This document shows, in pieces, positions 55,136 to 59,108 of a DNA stretch of 59,108 nucleotides; the stretch's first letter is position 1, and each line of letters opens with the position of its first letter. The position numbers and the translations under genes are program-made. Location: IMG/VR virus record IMGVR_UViG_3300039071_000013, positions 1-59,108 of that record; one strand, 5' to 3'. Source of the DNA: a virus (taxonomy: Duplodnaviria > Caudoviricetes). Below the pieces are notes generated by a model. The model worked only from the letters and a program-made list of their open reading frames with translations. It searched no databases and had not been told where the DNA came from.

Positions 55136-55351
55136 TTAAGGATATTCTTTATGGTTCTCTTCAAGGATGTACGTAGAGAGAACTTCATCAAGGTCCAGAA
55201 TCTTTCCCGTAGCATCTTGAACTGAGTCATGGATGCTGATACGATTCCCTTTCTGTCCCAAAGACCTGCCGTAAGCCACTGCATCAGCCAACCCCTCTTG
55301 GAGAGAACTTGCAATGACCTTTTCGTTGTCGCTCACCCTGACATGGTACAT
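55136..55351 (-). CDS. Hypothetical protein
   Basis: 71-aa ORF, GGAG RBS. Confidence 0.6.
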   Translation of the reverse strand: MYHVRVSDNEKVIASSLQEGLADAVAYGRSLGQKGNRISIHDSVQDATGKILDLDEVLSTYILEENHKEYP

Positions 55352-55421
55352 GTTCTACTCCACAAGCATTACCATTGCAAGAACTGCGATGAAGGCGAGA
55401 CCCATTACAAACTCTGGCATC

Positions 55422-56201
55422 TTAAACCCAATCATCCAGTTCCTCTCTGGTATCAAAGTCGTACATCTCCTCAGAGAGAATGTCAGGGATTTCCTTGGGT
55501 TCAATCTCCTCAAGAACCTTGTACTCGCACACTCGCATCTTCGAGAAGTTGTAGTCGTAGGGAACAGCAACCACATTGGCAGGGTTCACCTCAACCACCA
55601 GAGTGCGATTGTTTGCGCCAGTGGCATAGCCCTTGAGGTACTCGTCAGCACAGACATGAAGGCCAGACGAACAGGTGTGCTGGGGATCATCATCGACCTT
55701 GCTGCGATCCATCTTCACCACAGTGCCAATGCTGTTGTCCATCTTGCCAGTGTGCAGGTCTTTCCAGTTAGAACCAACACGCTTGAAGGCGATGAAGTTA
55801 CCTTCTGGGGTGATCGGGGCATTGAAGTGCTCAAGGAACCCGTAGAGGCAGTTGCGAGAGCGGAACGAGGGGTTGTCCATCAGCTTCTCAAGGAACTTGA
55901 TCCAAGGGGTAGCATCGAAGCCATCGTCCAGCAGGTTCAGCAGCTTGTTGGTCAGAGCGTTGTGAAGCTCTTCGCCCTTGTAGTAGACCGTGCCGTTGAT
56001 AACCTCAACAGACTTGCCAGCAGACTGACGGATAGTCTCTTCACGATCAGACAGGGTGAGGATGGTGGCAGCGTCATGCTCAGGCCCACGAAGGTGCTCA
56101 CGCAGCTTCTCGAAGTTCTTGTTGCCAGAGAGGACGGTACGCATCTTGCCGCTAACAAATACGGTGACGCTTTCGGCAGAGAGGGTGTAGGGGACACGCA
56201 T
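55422..56201 (-). CDS. rIIB: rIIB-like protein
   Basis: LMDNPS, ITPEGNFIAFK, CSSGLHV, VAVPYDY..KMRVC; paired with rIIA-like gene. Confidence 0.85.
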   Translation of the reverse strand: MRVPYTLSAESVTVFVSGKMRTVLSGNKNFEKLREHLRGPEHDAATILTLSDREETIRQSAGKSVEVINGTVYYKGEELHNALTNKLLNLLDDGFDATPWIKFLEKLMDNPSFRSRNCLYGFLEHFNAPITPEGNFIAFKRVGSNWKDLHTGKMDNSIGTVVKMDRSKVDDDPQHTCSSGLHVCADEYLKGYATGANNRTLVVEVNPANVVAVPYDYNFSKMRVCEYKVLEEIEPKEIPDILSEEMYDFDTREELDDWV

Positions 56202-56205
56202 TGGG

Positions 56206-58146
56206 TTACTCCTTTGCTGCGTTGTCGATCAGTTGGACGTAACGGACAAACTCTTTGATGTTGTTGTTGCCACTGCATAGTGCAAGCAGGGGGTACTTGT
56301 CAAGAAGGTTCTTGTACTGAACCTCAACACTCTGGTTGGAGAACATGGGCAAGCAGTAATGACGAAGAAGATCAGACCACCGGGAAGAGTTAAGCCCAAG
56401 GTGGAGGTTAGGTCGAACCTCATTCACTTTGTCGGCAAACTCTCCCACAACACCACCAGCCTCAGACAGATTTCGGAAGTTGTTGAAGGGATGTATGTTG
56501 TACACGTTGCCAAAGGTCTTCCTGACAGTGGTTGCCTCTTCCTGCACCAACTTCTCAAGGGCAGGCTCGAAGCTGATCCAGTTGGACTGAGCCTCGAACT
56601 TCTTCCAGAGGGTCTTAGGGACGAACACTACATCTTTCCCGAACTTGTCCTTGGATACCATGTGTGCGCTGCGGATGTGGTACGGGATGTCATTGTTTGA
56701 CATGGGGAAATAGTACCCACCAGCCTTGAAGGTTGCATCATCCATGTCGTGCTTGTTGAAACCATTGTTGTAGAGAGACACCATGATCTTTGCACGAGGA
56801 CCAGACTGCTTGGGGCCATCGTCCTGCAAGTCCTTCACGTATAGCACAGGGAAGTCAAGCTCTGCAATCAGGGTGTCAACCTCAGCCTTCTGTTCTTTGT
56901 CTGTCAGATCAGCCCTGACCCAGACGTAGTGCTTGTAACTGTCAATAGCACTACAGATACGGGTTGCAGCACGAGCACAGCCCTTCTTGTCAGAGGTATC
57001 CTGAATGAAGATGGTGTGGTCCGCATCCACACTCAGGTCTTTGTCGATACCAAACCCCGCAGTCTTCTGGCGGTAGCCCTTGTAACCACAGTGCAGAGAA
57101 ACCTTCTGATACTTCGCAAGGTTCCACACCTTCGGGATTTGCCGACCCTGCCACTTGAACTCACCACTACGAATGAACCTACGCAGTCTGGGTGCCAGCT
57201 TGGCTGCAAGGAACAGCTTGGGCTGTGCGTCAACCTCAGCCTGTAGTGCATCAAACAGTTGCTGTTCAACTACCTCAGTCTTGGCCCTGATGCTGGCAGC
57301 AGTAGGATCATTGGGACCGAAAGACAGGGCTTCACGTGATGCAGTGACTTCCAGATCACCAATGTCAAACTTGTAGACAATGCTGCGACCATACCACGAG
57401 CTTTTCGGGAGATACTCGTAGGGAATAGGGTAGAGGACACAGCCCATCTGAGCAAAGGCACCAGACATCGACTCGTGTTCGTACAGGTAGTAGTCCTTGC
57501 CCTCGTACAGCTTCTTGAGGGGGCTGAAAGACTTCTCCTTGGAGTTGGTGACAACAGGAGGAACATCAAAGCCCACAGAGATAACATTGGCTGCGGTCTG
57601 GAACTGTTGGATGTCCTGACGCTTCACAGGGAAGGATACTTCAAGACCATCTGGCTCGTTGGTGGGCTGAGGCTCAGCAAGGACATGGAGTTGCGGCGAT
57701 CCGTCAGGACCGAGTTGAACCGCATAGTAGCTGACCATGCCCTTGTGACGGGAAACGACAGAGAAGGTATCAGTGTAGGACATGGGGGACATACGCCCAA
57801 CGCCCCACTTACCTACAGCCTTGTTGGTATTCTCCTTGGTGGAGTGACCCAGCACAGTGTAGAAACCTTCCATGTCATCGTGGGCAATCCCCGGCCCGAA
57901 GTCACGGCAGGTGAAGGTGGGTGTGATGGCAGTAGGGAAAGTCACCTCGAATGGGACAGCCTCCTTGCCCACCATAGCATGTGCATCAAAGGCATTGGAC
58001 CAGATTTCTCTCGTGATGGACTTGGGCTTGTCTGAGTAGAGGCCAGAGATCACCATGTGGAACATCTTGCCTGATGCTTGGATGGTGAAGTCTTTGGTCG
58101 TCTGGCTGTTGGTCTCTACGACACGCAGGTTGCTATTGCTCTTCAT
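56206..58146 (-). CDS. rIIA: rIIA-like protein (GHKL ATPase N-terminus)
   Basis: LYSDK...REIWSNAFDAH, RDFGPGI, GKWGVG, TASREAL. Confidence 0.85.
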   Translation of the reverse strand: MKSNSNLRVVETNSQTTKDFTIQASGKMFHMVISGLYSDKPKSITREIWSNAFDAHAMVGKEAVPFEVTFPTAITPTFTCRDFGPGIAHDDMEGFYTVLGHSTKENTNKAVGKWGVGRMSPMSYTDTFSVVSRHKGMVSYYAVQLGPDGSPQLHVLAEPQPTNEPDGLEVSFPVKRQDIQQFQTAANVISVGFDVPPVVTNSKEKSFSPLKKLYEGKDYYLYEHESMSGAFAQMGCVLYPIPYEYLPKSSWYGRSIVYKFDIGDLEVTASREALSFGPNDPTAASIRAKTEVVEQQLFDALQAEVDAQPKLFLAAKLAPRLRRFIRSGEFKWQGRQIPKVWNLAKYQKVSLHCGYKGYRQKTAGFGIDKDLSVDADHTIFIQDTSDKKGCARAATRICSAIDSYKHYVWVRADLTDKEQKAEVDTLIAELDFPVLYVKDLQDDGPKQSGPRAKIMVSLYNNGFNKHDMDDATFKAGGYYFPMSNNDIPYHIRSAHMVSKDKFGKDVVFVPKTLWKKFEAQSNWISFEPALEKLVQEEATTVRKTFGNVYNIHPFNNFRNLSEAGGVVGEFADKVNEVRPNLHLGLNSSRWSDLLRHYCLPMFSNQSVEVQYKNLLDKYPLLALCSGNNNIKEFVRYVQLIDNAAKE

Positions 58147-58315
58147 GGTTGACTATCTCCCATAGTCTGATGGTTGCTGTTACAGCGGCGTCAAGTTCTT
58201 CCTTGTTCGAGGAAAGCATAACACAATCAACCAGTTCCTCGAACTTCAAGTCTGAGAAGTAGGCATTACACACCGTAGACAGTATGTAGTCCCAATCGTC
58301 TGGTTCATAACCCAT
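58133..58315 (-). CDS. Hypothetical protein
   Basis: Start at MGYEPDD, downstream of the tRNAs. Confidence 0.55.
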   Translation of the reverse strand: MGYEPDDWDYILSTVCNAYFSDLKFEELVDCVMLSSNKEELDAAVTATIRLWEIVNHEEQ

Positions 58316-58332
58316 TGAAAACCCTGTGGAAA

Positions 58333-58408
58333 TGGTGCTGGTGGAGAGGCTTGAACTCCCGACCTGATGCTTACAAGGCAACTACTCTACCAACTGAGTT
58401 ACACCAGC
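58333..58408 (-). tRNA. tRNA-Thr(UGU)
   Basis: GCTGGTG acceptor stem, anticodon loop CTTGTAA, GTTCAA T-loop, encoded CCA. Confidence 0.93.
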
Positions 58409-58409
58409 A

Positions 58410-58486
58410 TGGCCTACCCGGAGCGACTCGAACGCCCGACCCAGTGCTTAGAAGGCACTTGCTCTATCCAACTGAGCTACGGGTAG
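58410..58486 (-). tRNA. tRNA-Arg(UCU)
   Basis: CTACCCG acceptor stem, anticodon loop CTTCTAA, GTTCGA T-loop, encoded CCA. Confidence 0.93.
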
Positions 58487-58495
58487 TATCTCTAT

Positions 58496-58525
58496 ACACT
58501 ACACCCTATTGGTTAACAGTGTCAA
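58496..58525 (-). promoter_or_regulatory. Putative tRNA promoter
   Basis: TTGACA-N18-TAGTGT, about 10 bp before tRNA-Arg. Confidence 0.5.
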
Positions 58526-59091
58526 CCAGTTTGTTTAACACCTAAACCCTCAACCTCGGCCAGCGTGGCGCGGGTCATTTCATCTGCTTCATCCAGCGCG
58601 GGCCACGGGTATGCAAGGCCGCTGTCAAGACGGACACACGCAGCAAAGCCTGTCTCACCACATACGGCATGATGGAGCTTCCGCAGCGCCTCCACCGCCT
58701 TCGCCAGCTTGGCTTCAAGGTCTTCGATCTTCTCCCCGTTGATGGCGTCGAGGTCATCCATAAGTTTGACCTTGGCAAGTAAGGCTTCGATGCGGTCGTG
58801 GGGCTGGTTGCGGATGCACCACGCGATAGCCTCACCGGGCGGGGTTTCCTTGTCATGCGTCCACTCGGTGCCATGTCCGCGCGCAATCGCCGCATCCACC
58901 TCGATCTGCGCGGCCAGTGCTGCCTCTGCCGCATCGGCGCGGGCGTTGGCGGCGGTGAGGGCGGCAGTCAGGGCTTCGATGCGGTCGGCTGCTTCTTGCC
59001 GTTCCTTCATCCAGTTGTCAGTTTGTGAAATTATGCTGCGGTCAGCATCCCAAGGTGTTCGCAGCCGTTTCACCAGTTCTTCGTCACTCAT
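58522..59091 (-). CDS. Mosaic coiled-coil accessory protein (follows 83-349 across the join)
   Basis: MSDEELVKRLR, DRIEAL twice, KLAKAVE, RATLAE modules. Confidence 0.8.
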   Translation of the reverse strand: MSDEELVKRLRTPWDADRSIISQTDNWMKERQEAADRIEALTAALTAANARADAAEAALAAQIEVDAAIARGHGTEWTHDKETPPGEAIAWCIRNQPHDRIEALLAKVKLMDDLDAINGEKIEDLEAKLAKAVEALRKLHHAVCGETGFAACVRLDSGLAYPWPALDEADEMTRATLAEVEGLGVKQTG

Positions 59092-59108
59092 GGCTCTCTC
59101 CTTTGATC
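59002..59108. repeat. Second copy of the 107-bp overlap
   Basis: Identical to 1-107. Confidence 0.95.

Noticed and set aside
55093-55160. dif-like XerCD site or tRNA-derived attP next to the recombinase
   Set aside because: No 11-6-11 dif arrangement and no tRNA 3' fragment seen
58316-58381. N-terminal extension of ORF 58133-58381, and plus-strand ORF 58315-58545
   Set aside because: Both overlap the tRNA genes

Overview
The window looks like a complete, circularly permuted ~59.0 kb tailed-phage genome; bases 1-107 are repeated at 59002-59108. Gene content fits a podovirus, and an alphaproteobacterial (Rhodobacteraceae-like) host is inferred but not shown. Layout: (i) small early genes on the minus strand from ~6.7 kb through the contig join to two tRNAs, rIIA/rIIB-like genes and a tyrosine recombinase; (ii) a minus-strand replication/nucleotide-metabolism block (ThyX, primase-helicase, PolA, SSB, exonuclease, endonuclease I, metallophosphoesterase, MazG-like, class II RNR, PhoH); (iii) a plus-strand late block (terminase, portal, scaffold, capsid, tail, lysis, internal virion proteins); (iv) a repeat-rich non-coding strand switch at 6.7-7.8 kb that may hold the physical ends and an origin. 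Main oddities: a PolA gene split in two by an intron-less endonuclease VII-type homing endonuclease gene; an array of mosaic paralogous ORFs built from short shared DNA joints; a five-copy palindrome before early genes; a 17-bp inverted site pair bracketing the early region next to the recombinase; a candidate Acb2/Tad1-like sponge; a recurring x-x-G-G motif in virion proteins; and apparent CCWGG avoidance. All calls come from reading motifs by eye; no database searches were run.
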